A stretch of 64,000 bases of DNA from Microcoleus sp. (GCA_042408215.1 JAYFMW010000019.1:1-64000); one strand, 5' to 3'; positions 9,611 to 20,346 are shown, numbered from the stretch's first letter. Program-made: numbers and translations. The notes: generated by a model from the letters alone, not told the origin.

Positions 9611-10570
9611 TTAGAAGTTCCACATAACGGGATTGTCATCTAGATGATCGGTAACAGTTCGCCCGATCGCGTCAATTTCTTTGAGTGATTCTGCACTCAA
9701 TTTAACAACAGCAGCTTTAGCATTTTCGGTGGCTTGTTCGCCATGACGCGCACCGACAATGGCATTTGTTTGTGGCTGGGAAATTAACCAAGCTAAAGCT
9801 AAATTACCCAAGCTTGTTTGATGTCGATCGGCAATTGGTCGCAGTTGATTTAATGCTGCTTGTATCCTTTCGTAATTCTCTTTATTGAATAGTTTGTTTT
9901 TGGCGCGGTGATCGCCCTCCTCAAACTTGTGTTCTGGCCCAAATTTACCCGTCAATATTCCTTGAGCTAGAGATGAATAGGCAAGGATTGAGATATGATG
10001 TTCGACACAGTAAGACATCGCGTCTTTTTCTACCCAGCGCCAAAACAGAGAATAGGGCGGTTGTAAACTGTCAATGCGTCCGTATTGGGCTGCTTCTTCT
10101 ATTTGGGCGCGGGAGAAATTAGAAACGCCGATCGCCCTTATTTTACCCTGTTCTTTCAACTTATTTAATGCCTCCATTGTTTCCCCAATTGGTACAACTT
10201 CGGAATTCCAACTTCCAGAAGGCCAGTGAATTTGGTAAAGGTCGATATAATCAGTATTGAGGTTTTTTAGCGATCGATCGCACGCTTCGATTACCAAATC
10301 GTACTTGAGGTGATTGGCAAAAACTTTGCTAGCATAAACTACTTGCGATCGCACATCTGAAAGTGCTTCAGCGATGATTTGTTCGGAATGCCCTTCTCCG
10401 TAAACCTCAGCAGTATCAAAGGTGGTAATCCCTGCCTCAAAAGCCTCGCGCATGGCTTTGACAGTTTCGGCATCCTCAATTCCCACCCACATCCGCTTTC
10501 CAGCTTGCCAAGTCCCCATAATTATCGGGGTGATATAAATTTCCGATCGGCCCAATTGTCGCTTTTCCAT
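9611..10570 (-). CDS. aldo/keto reductase
   Basis: GITTFDTAEVYG, YIDLYQIHWP, GKIRAIGVSNF. Confidence 0.95.
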   Translation of the reverse strand: MEKRQLGRSEIYITPIIMGTWQAGKRMWVGIEDAETVKAMREAFEAGITTFDTAEVYGEGHSEQIIAEALSDVRSQVVYASKVFANHLKYDLVIEACDRSLKNLNTDYIDLYQIHWPSGSWNSEVVPIGETMEALNKLKEQGKIRAIGVSNFSRAQIEEAAQYGRIDSLQPPYSLFWRWVEKDAMSYCVEHHISILAYSSLAQGILTGKFGPEHKFEEGDHRAKNKLFNKENYERIQAALNQLRPIADRHQTSLGNLALAWLISQPQTNAIVGARHGEQATENAKAAVVKLSAESLKEIDAIGRTVTDHLDDNPVMWNF

Positions 10571-10695
10571 ATCTTCAACCCTGCTTTTTTTGTTAGCATT
10601 TATTCAGACGTCATATAATCTTAGCAGAATCAAGTTACTGTGGTTGCTGTCAAAGGCAGATTTTGTGACTATGATTAAAATCCCAGTGAATTGCT

Positions 10696-11265
10696 ATGAA
10701 ATCAACTACTCGCGCACTGAAAGAATGGAATGTAGCAGTTAATGCTTTGGAAGGGGGGAAAACGATTATGTTGTTGCGAAAAGGGGGCCTTCGCGAACAA
10801 GCTGGACATTTCCATGTCCCTGACAAGCAGGTTTTGCTGTATCCAACTTTTGAACACCAACAGCCGGATTTATTAAAGCCGGATTTTGCGAGTCAGGTAA
10901 AGACTGTCGAATCTGGCTGGCATCCGCAAACAATTAGAATTAGTAGTTGGGCTGAGATTACCGATGTTTTGTTAGTAGCTTGGGAACCTGCGATTGCGGC
11001 GGTTTTTTCCTATCATATTTGGAATGAAAAATTTGTAGGCGATCGCATTAACTGGAAAAGGACTCAGCCAATTTATATTTTACTATTACGGACTTATCAG
11101 CTAGCTACAGCGGCGGAAATTCCCTACATTGTACAATACGGGGGATGTCGTTCTTGGATTGATTTGGCTGCACCGGTTTCCCTGGAGGGAAGCGTGCCTG
11201 TTTTGAGCGAAAGAGAGTATATTAAACAATCAATGGAAATTCGCAATCTTATTGCAAATGGGTAA
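10696..11265 (+). CDS. DUF1802 family protein
   Basis: ALKEW...LLRKGG...LYPTFEHQ...GGCRSW motifs. Confidence 0.85.
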   Translation: MKSTTRALKEWNVAVNALEGGKTIMLLRKGGLREQAGHFHVPDKQVLLYPTFEHQQPDLLKPDFASQVKTVESGWHPQTIRISSWAEITDVLLVAWEPAIAAVFSYHIWNEKFVGDRINWKRTQPIYILLLRTYQLATAAEIPYIVQYGGCRSWIDLAAPVSLEGSVPVLSEREYIKQSMEIRNLIANG

Positions 11266-11306
11266 TTGGGCATGGGGCATGGGGCATTGGTAATGGGTAA
11301 TGGTAA

Positions 11307-11633
11307 TACAGCAGTTCCCGCTGTTATGAAACACGGTAGGGACACTCCAGGAGCCCATTGGTGTCAACTTAAGCCTGAAACCCTTGGTATCTCTCGCTTT
11401 TACCTAAGTCTAGATCCCCCTAAATCCCCCTTAAGAAGGGGAGTAGGGGGTGACTTTGAGAAGACTCTTGTCCCCCCCTTCTTAAGGGGGGCTAGGGGGG
11501 ATCTAGATTTAATAGTCAAACAACAGTCTCTGACTGGGTTTGACCTTAAGTTGACACCAATGGGCACGCTTGAGTGTCCCTAGGAGGATTGAACGATAAG
11601 TGGGTGTACCTCATAACAGCGGTTTCCGCTGTA
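11307..11633. mobile_element. nested MITE/REP composite
   Basis: Outer imperfect TIRs 11307-11329/11611-11633; GTAGGGACAC/GTGTCCCTAG REP arms; inner perfect 21-bp TIRs 11353-11373/11545-11565. Confidence 0.75.
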
Positions 11634-11746
11634 TCATGTCCGGTCGAATAGTTGTCATGCTGAGGGTCGCGAAGAATCTCCGAGATGCTTCGCTCACTCA
11701 GCATGACAAACAAGCTTTTATCGTAAGCGATCGATCGGACATGATA
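11632..11746. mobile_element. MITE-like element
   Basis: TATCATGTCCG.TCGA ... TCGATCGGACATGATA ends; internal GTCATGCTGAG/CTCAGCATGAC hairpin. Confidence 0.65.
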
Positions 11747-11795
11747 TAATTGGTAATTGGTAATTGGTAATTGGCAATTGGTAACTGGCACAAAC

Positions 11796-12440
11796 TTAAT
11801 TGATAGTTTTTACTACTGTTTTCGAGAGGCGCTTTTCCACTAATCCCAGCCCAAAATCGGCAGCTAATGCCATCAAAGCCGCCGGAATTGCCCCAGCAAA
11901 AAGTAACTGATTGTTGACTGTAGCAACGCCCCGAAAAATAAATACTCCCAAGCCACCAGCGCCAATTGCAGCGGCGATTGTAGCGAGTCCGATCGCAATT
12001 ACGGCGGCCACTCGCACCCCAGCTAGAATCACGCCCAGTGCCAAGGGAATTTCTACTTGCAATAGCAGTTGCATATCAGTCATTCCCATGCCTTTTCCGG
12101 CTTCGCGAATCGCCGGATCGACGCCGATAATTCCAGTATAAGTATTGCGGATAATTGGCAGTAAAGAATACAGAGTGAGGGCGATAATTGCCGTGCGATC
12201 GCCTATTCCACCTAATACCGGAACCGGAATTAACAAGCCAAATAGTGCTAAACTGGGAATTGTTTGCATAATATTCGCAAATCCCAAAATCGGCTTTCTC
12301 AACTTAGGTTTTAGAGTGACTAAAATACCTAGAGGAATCCCCACAATAATAGCGATGAAAATTGCAACTGTTACTAAATACAAGTGTTCGATCGAGTGCT
12401 GAATCATCTCAGCGCCATAGCGATTTATAAATTCGATCAT
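11796..12440 (-). CDS. osmoprotectant (glycine betaine/choline-type) ABC transporter permease
   Basis: QTIPSLAL, EAGKGMGMT EAA loop, IGAGGLG. Confidence 0.9.
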   Translation of the reverse strand: MIEFINRYGAEMIQHSIEHLYLVTVAIFIAIIVGIPLGILVTLKPKLRKPILGFANIMQTIPSLALFGLLIPVPVLGGIGDRTAIIALTLYSLLPIIRNTYTGIIGVDPAIREAGKGMGMTDMQLLLQVEIPLALGVILAGVRVAAVIAIGLATIAAAIGAGGLGVFIFRGVATVNNQLLFAGAIPAALMALAADFGLGLVEKRLSKTVVKTIN

Positions 12441-12613
12441 TGAGTTATTAGTTATTGCTGGCTGTCAATCGATTTTAGATTTTAGATTTTAGATTTTAGA
12501 TTTACCCCACGTATAAATGCGGGGGCTTGAGGATTTTAGATTTGGGATTTTGGATTGATTCCACGGATAAATCCGGGGGCTTGTACCACCTTTGAAATTA
12601 TTGGTCAACCAGA

Positions 12614-13072
12614 TCAATCATTTTCCATTTCAGGACTTGCTGCACCTGGATAGAAGCGAAAGTCCAGAATTTCTTCTAAGCTGTAAAGGCAGTTTTCAGG
12701 GAATGTTTTGAGAGGTAAATCGGTTTCTCCTACTGCTAAATCTCTACCGTTTTGATAAGCTTCTTGAAAAGCTTCTTGCAAATAAGGTTTCAGACTTGGG
12801 TTATCCTGTATCAGCCTGAGAGTGTCCCGCCGCTGCACTCGAATTGTTGACAGCCAGCTACGACTGCGCTGCTGGGGCTGATATTGCCACTTCAGCAAAT
12901 GTCCGAGCAAAATGCTCAAACGATTTCTAATTTCTTGACGTTCCTGTTTACCCAAAGATTCAATCTCCTCAATTAAATTTGGCAAGTCAAGTTGACTCCA
13001 CTGACACTTGCGAAGTAACTTGGCTTGTTCTTGCGTCCAAGCATAGAAGTCTGTCTCGTAAAGACTGTGCAT
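12614..13072 (-). CDS. DUF29 family protein
   Basis: LYETDFYAWTQEQA...NLIEEIESLG...LLGHLLKWQYQ...NPSLK. Confidence 0.92.
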   Translation of the reverse strand: MHSLYETDFYAWTQEQAKLLRKCQWSQLDLPNLIEEIESLGKQERQEIRNRLSILLGHLLKWQYQPQQRSRSWLSTIRVQRRDTLRLIQDNPSLKPYLQEAFQEAYQNGRDLAVGETDLPLKTFPENCLYSLEEILDFRFYPGAASPEMEND

Positions 13073-13125
13073 CGTTTGATTATCAGCTTAGTTACTGAAA
13101 CTATATTATCAAATTTTTGCGAAAA

Positions 13126-13881
13126 TCATTCAAATCTAGCTAATTGCAAACAATCCAAAAATGCGCGAGCTTCCGGCTGCTGAGATTTGACAAATTCCTT
13201 GGGCGACGCCAATTCAACCAACTTTCCATCTTGCATCAAACCAATTCTCGAAGCTAAGAAAAAAGCTTCTTGAATGTCATGAGTGACCAATATAACAGTT
13301 TTGCCGAGTTGCTGCTGCAATTGATAGAATTCCCGTTGCAATTCTAGACGAGTAATGGGGTCTAAAGCACCAAAGGGTTCGTCCATTAATAGCACCGGAG
13401 GGTCAGCAGCAAGTGCTCTGGCGACACCCACTCGCTGTCGCTGTCCGCCGGATAATTGGCTGGGATAGCGTTTGGCGAAGTGCTGGGGGTCGAGGTTGAC
13501 TAATTCTAGCAGTTGGCGGACGCGAGATTGAATGCGATCGCCCTCCCAACCTTCTAATTTTGGCACTAAACCGACATTTTGCTCGACAGTAAAATGGGGA
13601 AACAGACCGATTTCTTGAATCACGTAGCCAATTTTTCGCCGCAGTTGAATAGAGTTCCACTGAGTTGTCGCTTTTCCCATTACCAAGACTTGGCCGCTGG
13701 TTGGTGTTAGCAAATTGTTAATCAATTTCATGGTAGTAGTTTTGCCACTACCGCTGCGTCCTAGCAAGACTAAAACTTCTCCTTGCAGCACTTTAAGATT
13801 CAGGTTTTCTACTAAATATCTGCGGTCTATCCGATAGGTAACGTCGAGCAATTCGATCGCAAATTGATTCTTGGGAGCCAT
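13126..13881 (-). CDS. osmoprotectant ABC transporter ATP-binding protein
   Basis: GRSGSGKTT, LSGGQRQRVG, LMDEPFGALD, VTHD. Confidence 0.92.
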   Translation of the reverse strand: MAPKNQFAIELLDVTYRIDRRYLVENLNLKVLQGEVLVLLGRSGSGKTTTMKLINNLLTPTSGQVLVMGKATTQWNSIQLRRKIGYVIQEIGLFPHFTVEQNVGLVPKLEGWEGDRIQSRVRQLLELVNLDPQHFAKRYPSQLSGGQRQRVGVARALAADPPVLLMDEPFGALDPITRLELQREFYQLQQQLGKTVILVTHDIQEAFFLASRIGLMQDGKLVELASPKEFVKSQQPEARAFLDCLQLARFE

Positions 13882-13963
13882 GAATTTTTTCGGTTAATTT
13901 AGTTTTTATGTCTGTTATTTTAGTTGAAATTTTAGCGAGGAGCAGCCGATTTAATTCCCTGGT

Positions 13964-14515
13964 TTATGAAAAATCCTGACTTTGCCATTCTAACAATAAG
14001 GCTCGACATTGGAGACAAGTTAATTTTTTTAGTAAATCCCGAATTCCGGCTGGTTCGACAGAATATGCAGCACCGATATGTTCGGGATTTACTGTTGCTT
14101 TCGGGTGCAATTCTGCGACAAAACCGTAGATTTTTTGATTGGAAAATGAACTATTAATTGCCCATCCGATCGCATTGAGAGGTCGGATACGGGCGATCGC
14201 ACTTTCCGTCACGCCTAATTCCTTCTTGATGATAGCAGGAACTGCGGCTGCTGGTGTTTCCCCCGCAGGAACGCGACCTCCGGGAAAATCGAGGGTTGTT
14301 TCTGCGATACCTGGACGATACATTGGTACGGGAAACAGCAATGTGTCATTTTGAATTGTCAAAATTACGACTGAATCCGCTCTTTCTACCCGCCAGTATT
14401 CAATGACTTTACCTTCGGTATTTTCGAGGTGTTCGGCGATGAGTTTTACCCAATGCGAGTTAATTTCTACTAAGCGGTCTAGAGTTTTCCACGGGGATGT
14501 TTTAGTTGCGTTCAT
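13964..14515 (-). CDS. NUDIX-like hydrolase (degenerate Nudix box)
   Basis: DFPGG...IKKELG in an ADP-ribose pyrophosphatase-like frame. Confidence 0.65.
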   Translation of the reverse strand: MNATKTSPWKTLDRLVEINSHWVKLIAEHLENTEGKVIEYWRVERADSVVILTIQNDTLLFPVPMYRPGIAETTLDFPGGRVPAGETPAAAVPAIIKKELGVTESAIARIRPLNAIGWAINSSFSNQKIYGFVAELHPKATVNPEHIGAAYSVEPAGIRDLLKKLTCLQCRALLLEWQSQDFS

Positions 14516-14769
14516 ATGGGAATTTTTGAAATAAATTATAGCGCTATCACCATAATTGCATTTTCACATCGACTTCTAGCTTCTGCTACTCAGTCTTTTC
14601 AGCTTTGGGCCTGTTTTTTACTCTTCATTGTAAAGTTTTACTACAGCAATGCACTTTTGCCCGTAGAATTCTGTATCGTAAAGTACAGAACAATTTTTTC
14701 TGGGCCTTCGCCTGGGGTTGTGGCAACCCCGCCCTGGTGCAGAGTCTTAGCTCGATAATAGGAGTAGTT

Positions 14770-15039
14770 ATGAAACAGCAAACATATGTTCGTACTTCGC
14801 AACCTCAATCAACCCAAGCCAGCATCGCGAGTGCGCGAGGCTGGTGTAGATTGGCCGATAGACCCACTGCACCGAAATTTGCCCCTTCTACCTGGGTCAA
14901 ACTATTCAATCCGCCGACAGCATTCAGTTTTGACGAAGCGTGGCTTTTGTGTCAGTCTTCAGAAGAAAAATGGCTAGCTTGGATTCCTGACTACGGTGAA
15001 ATTCTGCTGAGAACAGATGAATTTTGCAATCCCGTTTAA
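14770..15039 (+). CDS. small cyanobacterial hypothetical protein
   Basis: AGGAG RBS before ATG 14770; WVKL...FSFDEAWLLC...WLAWIPDYGE motif. Confidence 0.7.
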   Translation: MKQQTYVRTSQPQSTQASIASARGWCRLADRPTAPKFAPSTWVKLFNPPTAFSFDEAWLLCQSSEEKWLAWIPDYGEILLRTDEFCNPV

Positions 15040-15086
15040 AGGAAGCTAAGTAAAATCAATTGAGTGACCAAAAAATATTTTTTGAC

Positions 15087-15125
15087 AACAAAAAGAGCCC
15101 TAGCTTTTCTATTGCTCTTTTTGTT
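15087..15125. terminator. putative bidirectional terminator
   Basis: AACAAAAAGAGC...GCTCTTTTTGTT inverted repeat between convergent genes. Confidence 0.5.
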
Positions 15126-15172
15126 CAAAAATGCCCTTAATTTTTTATTTTCAAGTAGCGGCACTTACTGGC

Positions 15173-15604
15173 TTATTTGCAAACTGCACGGTTATTTGCA
15201 TTTCTCACAATCGTGCCTACTTTGCCATCAAACAGAACCGGATTCTTCGTACTAGCACGAATCAAGCGCGGTTGTTTGGCCAGACATTCTTTGATTGATT
15301 CTGACCAGGTGGTGAGAGCTCTGGTATATTCTGGACGAGTCGCTGGGGCGCGAAACTGATCGGTAATTAAGTGATCTGTGGTGATGCTAGTATCAACAGC
15401 AACATTAGTAATAATTGGAAAGTCAAAGGCTTTGGGCAAGGTTCTGTCAGGTATTTTACCAGGTAATAACTGGTAATTCATCGAGCCACCTTTGTAGTCA
15501 AAACGTACTTCTACAGGTTTGGTTTCAGCGAAGCTTGGCATCGGCAAGCTGGCTACCAAAACGGTGCAGCAACTCCAAAATAATTTCGATTTCATTAGAT
15601 TCAT
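15173..15604 (-). CDS. secreted hypothetical protein
   Basis: Signal peptide ending PSFA; GAGGAG RBS. Confidence 0.7.
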   Translation of the reverse strand: MNLMKSKLFWSCCTVLVASLPMPSFAETKPVEVRFDYKGGSMNYQLLPGKIPDRTLPKAFDFPIITNVAVDTSITTDHLITDQFRAPATRPEYTRALTTWSESIKECLAKQPRLIRASTKNPVLFDGKVGTIVRNANNRAVCK

Positions 15605-16172
15605 CTCCTCACTTGATTACGATTAGCACTAATTAGGTCAGCTCAAAAAACATTAGCTTCAATTGTAAAAATTCTGATGATATTGAGCTTTTGAGATTGA
15701 GTTTAACGACCTAATTTATTACCACACATCCTCAAAAGTTTTCAAACTGGCTTCCATGACCAACTGTAAAATGGTTTCAGTTCAGTTAAATTTTTACTGG
15801 TCTGAAATTGTTACAGCTTTGGGAACTGGGTTTTACCAGAATTATTGATTTTTGAGCGATGCCTGTGGGAACTTTATCAAATTTTGTCTCTGATATCAAG
15901 CTTTGTCAAGCAGATATCGGTTTTTAACACTTGTTTTTGGCTGGGTAAAGATTTGAGTGTGACTGGTTATACCTTGGCATGGGCATGGGGCATGGGCCGA
16001 AGAGCACTTGTCCTACCCTTCGACTACGCGGGCCCAAGGGCGAAGCCGAAGTATGGGGCATCGGGCATCGGGTATCGGGTATTAATCTGCCTACTAACTA
16101 ATGACTAATGACTACTGACTAATGACTTCTGAGTATTTTCAGGCGACAATGGATGGAGAAAGGGCTTGAAAA

Positions 16173-17132
16173 TTGGTGATTTTAGTGAAAGATAGCAAAG
16201 TCATAGACGTATCAGAAATTATGAGTGTTCCCGCAGCTCCTGCGGGTTACAAATCCGGCTTTGTGGGTATTGTGGGACGCCCGAATGTCGGCAAATCAAC
16301 GCTGATGAATCGGTTGGTGGGGCAGAAAATTGCGATTACTTCGCCAGTGGCGCAGACGACTCGCAACAGACTGCGGGGCATTTTGACGACGCCGGAGGCA
16401 CAAATTATTTTTGTTGATACTCCGGGAATTCATAAGCCACATCACCAATTGGGGAAGGTTTTGCTGCAAAATGCTCAAATAGCGATTAAATCTGTAGATG
16501 TGATTCTATTTGTGGTGGATGGCTCGGTGGAATCGGGAGGGGGCGATCGATATATTGTGGATCTGCTCAGCAATACCGAAGTTCCGGTGATTTTGGGAGT
16601 GAATAAGTTAGACGAACAACCGTCGGATTGTGTGTTGATCGATCGCACTTACGAGCAAATTGTCAATCCTCAGTGGCCCGTTGTCAAATTTTCAGCTCTC
16701 ACAGGCCTTGGAGTCGAGTCCCTGCAACAATTGTTAGTGGAAAATTTAGAAGAAGGGCCTTATTATTATCCGCCCGATTTGGTGACTGACCAGCCAGAAC
16801 GTTTTATTATGGGGGAATTGATTCGGGAACAGATTTTGATGGTGACGCGGGAAGAAGTGCCGCATTCAGTGGCAATTGCGATCGACATGATCGAAGAAGA
16901 ACCGAAAATCACCCGAATTCTCGCTGCAATTCACGTCGAACGCGATTCCCAAAAAGGCATTTTAATTGGTAAAGGTGGGAGTATGCTGAAGGCGATCGGC
17001 AGTGCGGCCCGCGAACAGATTCAAAAGTTAATTGAAGGCCAAGTATATTTGGAGTTATTTGTCAAGGTGCAGCCGAAATGGCGGCAGTCGCGGACCCGTT
17101 TAGCCGAATTGGGCTATCGAGTGGAAGAATAA
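16173..17132 (+). CDS. era: GTPase Era
   Basis: GRPNVGKST, QTTR, DTPG, NKLD, KH domain GILIGKGG. Confidence 0.97.
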   Translation: MVILVKDSKVIDVSEIMSVPAAPAGYKSGFVGIVGRPNVGKSTLMNRLVGQKIAITSPVAQTTRNRLRGILTTPEAQIIFVDTPGIHKPHHQLGKVLLQNAQIAIKSVDVILFVVDGSVESGGGDRYIVDLLSNTEVPVILGVNKLDEQPSDCVLIDRTYEQIVNPQWPVVKFSALTGLGVESLQQLLVENLEEGPYYYPPDLVTDQPERFIMGELIREQILMVTREEVPHSVAIAIDMIEEEPKITRILAAIHVERDSQKGILIGKGGSMLKAIGSAAREQIQKLIEGQVYLELFVKVQPKWRQSRTRLAELGYRVEE

Positions 17133-17327
17133 AGCGAACTGATGGAGCAAATAAGGGCGATCGTTGAGAGAAATGATAACTCAAATATACAGAATTTTGA
17201 GCTGTGGTAAAAACAGATTTTACAAGCTCGTCGGCTGCTTTAATTATCAATTTCACTCAACTTTTCTTACGGATGTTCTGCAATTTTTTGAACAGCTTTT
17301 GGTGCAAAAGCAGCAACTAAAAAAGAA

Positions 17328-17645
17328 GTGGTAATGTATTTGCCATCAGCATTCTTGCTAGTTATTGCGATCGCGTATTGGCAAAACGCCTATCCTATGA
17401 TGGGTAAAGAGGCTGAGAATATCGATCGGGCTAATCGGTCTGGCTTTAGCGTAATTTCTACGCATCGGCTGCCGAGTCAGGCTTGGTGGGTCAATTATTA
17501 TGAACCGCTCCGTGAGCGGATGCAGCAGATCGAAATCACCCCAATTACTCAATCAGTTATTCGTGAAACTGAAGAAGAGATGAGACTGTTTGAAAAATTC
17601 AGCGACTCCTATGGTTATACGTTCTATATTCTGCAAGCAGCTTAG
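17328..17645 (+). pseudogene. C-terminal fragment of a class I SAM-dependent methyltransferase
   Basis: YWQNAYP...LPSQAWWVNYYEPL...YGYTFYI tail without the N-terminal SAM-binding motif. Confidence 0.6.
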
Positions 17646-17654
17646 GAAAAAGCC

Positions 17655-17742
17655 GTCTAACAATTCCCTTGGAGATGAAAAATTTTATTTATGGGGTATT
17701 ATCAAGATATTTTCCGTATAATTCCGTATAATATGGTTATAT
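17655..17742 (+). other. attC-like cassette boundary (non-canonical stem)
   Basis: GTCTAAC 10 nt after a stop codon; GTTATAT end 88 bp later, 46 nt before the next ATG; arms poorly complementary. Confidence 0.5.
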
Positions 17743-17787
17743 TTCTTTAGCATTAAATGTGCCAACGATAACAAGTGGAGAAAACAG

Positions 17788-18372
17788 ATGTGGGATGAAA
17801 GATACAGTGCAGAAGAGTACGTATATGGCAAAAACCCGAACAAGTTTTTGGAAGCTAACGTCAGCAGTATTCCAAAAGGTAAAGTTCTAAGCTTGGCTGA
17901 AGGAGAAGGGCGGAATGCTGTTTTTCTGGCGAAACAGGGTTACTCTGTAACTGCTGTAGATGCTTCTCTAGTTGGTTTGAATAAGGCTAGAAAGTTGGCA
18001 GAAGAGCATGGGGTTGTTATTGAGTTTATTCAAGCTGATTTAGCAGATTATGATTTAGGCGAAAATCAATGGGATGGAATTGTATCTATATTTTGTCCAT
18101 TGCCTTCTTCAGTAAGAAAACAACTTCATAAAAAAGTTGCAGCAGGGTTAAAACGAAACGGTGTTTTTCTGATTGAGGCTTATACACCCGATCAGTTGAA
18201 GCATGGTACTGGCGGGGGAAATTCCGTAGATGTGATGCAATCTAAAGAATCTTTAAGCCTTGAGTTAGCTGGCTTAAAGTTTCAGCATCTAATTGAGCTT
18301 GAGCGTGAAATAATAGAAGGTATTTATCATACTGGAATTGGAGCAGTTGTTCAGGCGATCGCCGCAAAATAA
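17788..18372 (+). CDS. class I SAM-dependent methyltransferase
   Basis: MWDERY, VLSLAEGEGRNAVFLA, TAVD motif I/II. Confidence 0.9.
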   Translation: MWDERYSAEEYVYGKNPNKFLEANVSSIPKGKVLSLAEGEGRNAVFLAKQGYSVTAVDASLVGLNKARKLAEEHGVVIEFIQADLADYDLGENQWDGIVSIFCPLPSSVRKQLHKKVAAGLKRNGVFLIEAYTPDQLKHGTGGGNSVDVMQSKESLSLELAGLKFQHLIELEREIIEGIYHTGIGAVVQAIAAK

Positions 18373-18397
18373 ATGTAACAACCAGTGAGGAATCGCC

Positions 18398-19717
18398 ATG
18401 AGAATTGACCGACTAGAGATTAAAAACTTCAAAAAATTCTCAGACTATACCCTTAACCTGCATCCCCAATTTACCTTGCTAGTAGGCGACAATGGTACGG
18501 GAAAAACCACTATTCTCGATGCTCTAGCGATCGCTGCGGGCGTTTGGCTAGTCAACTCCCCTGACACTACCCTTAACAATAGTCGTCGCAACATTCTCCC
18601 CTCAGAAATCCGCTTAGAAGCGATCGCCACCGATACCGTTACCCAATTTATTGAACGCAAACCAACCCAAATTACAGCGATTGGCACAATCAACGATCGA
18701 CCCGTTACATGGCTTAGACAAATTAAAACTAACGGCTCTCGTACATCCAACACCGAAGCAAAACAAGCCTTAAAGATTATCTCTACTTTATTTCAACAAG
18801 TCGAATCAGGTGCAAAAATTTGGCTACCTGTTATGGCCTACTACGGCGCAGGACGATCGTGGCTACCTTCCAACCAACGCGATCCCAAAGCTTTAACTAA
18901 CACTCTGCCGTCTCGCCGTTGGGATGCCTTTTATGACTGCTTTGAAGAACGTATTAGAATTACCGATTTACATACTTGGTTTCAAAAAGAAGCGATCGCC
19001 TCAGTCAATCGTCAGGGACAAATGCGTTCGGGATACAACGTGGTAAAGTTTGCCATTTTGCGCTGTATCCCCGACGCTGAGGATCTATGGTTTGATGGCG
19101 ATCTCGGAGAAATTGTGGTAGCGATCGATGGTGAACCCCAACCCTTTAGTAACCTTAGTGCAGGACAAAAAATGATGGTGGCATTGATTGCCGACTTAGC
19201 GATCAAAATTGTCACCCAAAATGCGTCATTTTTAACTGAAGAATTAGATCCAGATCGTGAAAAATTACCTCAAATCTTGCAGCAAACATCAGGCTTAGTA
19301 ATGATTGATGAAATTGACGTGCATTTACATCCAAAATGGCAAAGACGAGTAATTAAAGATTTAAAATCCACCTTTCCCTTAATCCAGTTTGTATGTACGA
19401 CCCATTCTCCGATCATTATTAGTGAAGTCGAAGCAGAATGTATTCGCGTTCTCAAACCTCATGCAGTTACTATAACTCCACAAAGTGCATTAGGGCTTGA
19501 TGCCAATCAAGTCTTAGATGAATTGATGGGAGTCTCAGAACGTAACCGAGAAACAGCCGATAGCCTTCACCAACTTTTCAAACTAATTGATCTTGAAGAC
19601 TTTCAAGCTGCCTATCGAGAAATAGAAATGAATCCCGATATTAAAAGATTAGGTGAACTAGCTCCCGAAATTACTCGTGCTAAAACCTTGATTAAGTTTC
19701 TGGAAGGTGAAGAATGA
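18398..19717 (+). CDS. ABC/AAA-family ATPase, PtuA-like (Septu-type defence)
   Basis: Walker A GDNGTGKT, signature LSAGQK, Walker B VMIDEID, HLHPKWQ, TTHSP; ATGA overlap with HNH gene. Confidence 0.85.
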   Translation: MRIDRLEIKNFKKFSDYTLNLHPQFTLLVGDNGTGKTTILDALAIAAGVWLVNSPDTTLNNSRRNILPSEIRLEAIATDTVTQFIERKPTQITAIGTINDRPVTWLRQIKTNGSRTSNTEAKQALKIISTLFQQVESGAKIWLPVMAYYGAGRSWLPSNQRDPKALTNTLPSRRWDAFYDCFEERIRITDLHTWFQKEAIASVNRQGQMRSGYNVVKFAILRCIPDAEDLWFDGDLGEIVVAIDGEPQPFSNLSAGQKMMVALIADLAIKIVTQNASFLTEELDPDREKLPQILQQTSGLVMIDEIDVHLHPKWQRRVIKDLKSTFPLIQFVCTTHSPIIISEVEAECIRVLKPHAVTITPQSALGLDANQVLDELMGVSERNRETADSLHQLFKLIDLEDFQAAYREIEMNPDIKRLGELAPEITRAKTLIKFLEGEE

Positions 19718-20346
19718 GAAATATTCAAAAAAAATCTGAACCAAAATCTTTAACACAGCATCGAGCTAATACCAATTCTGATTACGATAATTATCCTCAG
19801 AAACAGGATTTACGGGATACACTTGTTGGTGAACAAAAAGGAATTTGTTGTTATTGTATGCAACGAATTAAAGCAGAGTCAAAAAAGATGAAAATTGAGC
19901 ATTGGCAATGTCAAGATAGATATCCCCACCAACAGCTAGACTATAATAACCTTCTGGGAGCTTGTTTAGGAGGTGAAGGACAAGAACCAGAAAGACAGCA
20001 TTGTGATACTAAAAAAGGCAATCGAGATCTCCTTTACAATCCTGCTAACCGATTTGATGATGTTGAGAGTAAACTGCGATTTTTAAGAGATGGACAAATA
20101 GAATCAGATGATCCACAATTTAATCAAGAAATTAACGATGTTCTCAACTTAAACGAAAACCGTTTAGTTACTAATCGTAAAGCAGTGCTAGATGCTTTTC
20201 AACAGGTATTCATGGGAAAAAATCCGACTAAAGCAGGCATGGAAAAAGCATTGCGTGAATGGAATGGTGAAAATGGAGAGGTTCTCCAGCCATTTTGTCA
20301 AGTTGTTGTTTATTACCTTCGCAAGAAACTCAAGAGAATGTCCTGA
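19714..20346 (+). CDS. HNH endonuclease, PtuB/TIGR02646-like
   Basis: EQKGICCYC...IEHW...LDYNNLLGAC...HCDTKKG...LNLN. Confidence 0.85.
   Translation: MRNIQKKSEPKSLTQHRANTNSDYDNYPQKQDLRDTLVGEQKGICCYCMQRIKAESKKMKIEHWQCQDRYPHQQLDYNNLLGACLGGEGQEPERQHCDTKKGNRDLLYNPANRFDDVESKLRFLRDGQIESDDPQFNQEINDVLNLNENRLVTNRKAVLDAFQQVFMGKNPTKAGMEKALREWNGENGEVLQPFCQVVVYYLRKKLKRMS

Noticed and set aside
11266..11791. ORFs 11266-11583 and 11546-11791
   Set aside because: They are translations of STRR and MITE sequence
17132..17330. attI site or integrase at the head of the cassette array
   Set aside because: No tyrosine recombinase ORF in the window and no recognisable attI; the region looks like degraded sequence
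18398..20346. Complete retron (type I-A)
   Set aside because: No reverse transcriptase ORF (no YADD-like motif) nearby and only 25 bp upstream of the ATPase
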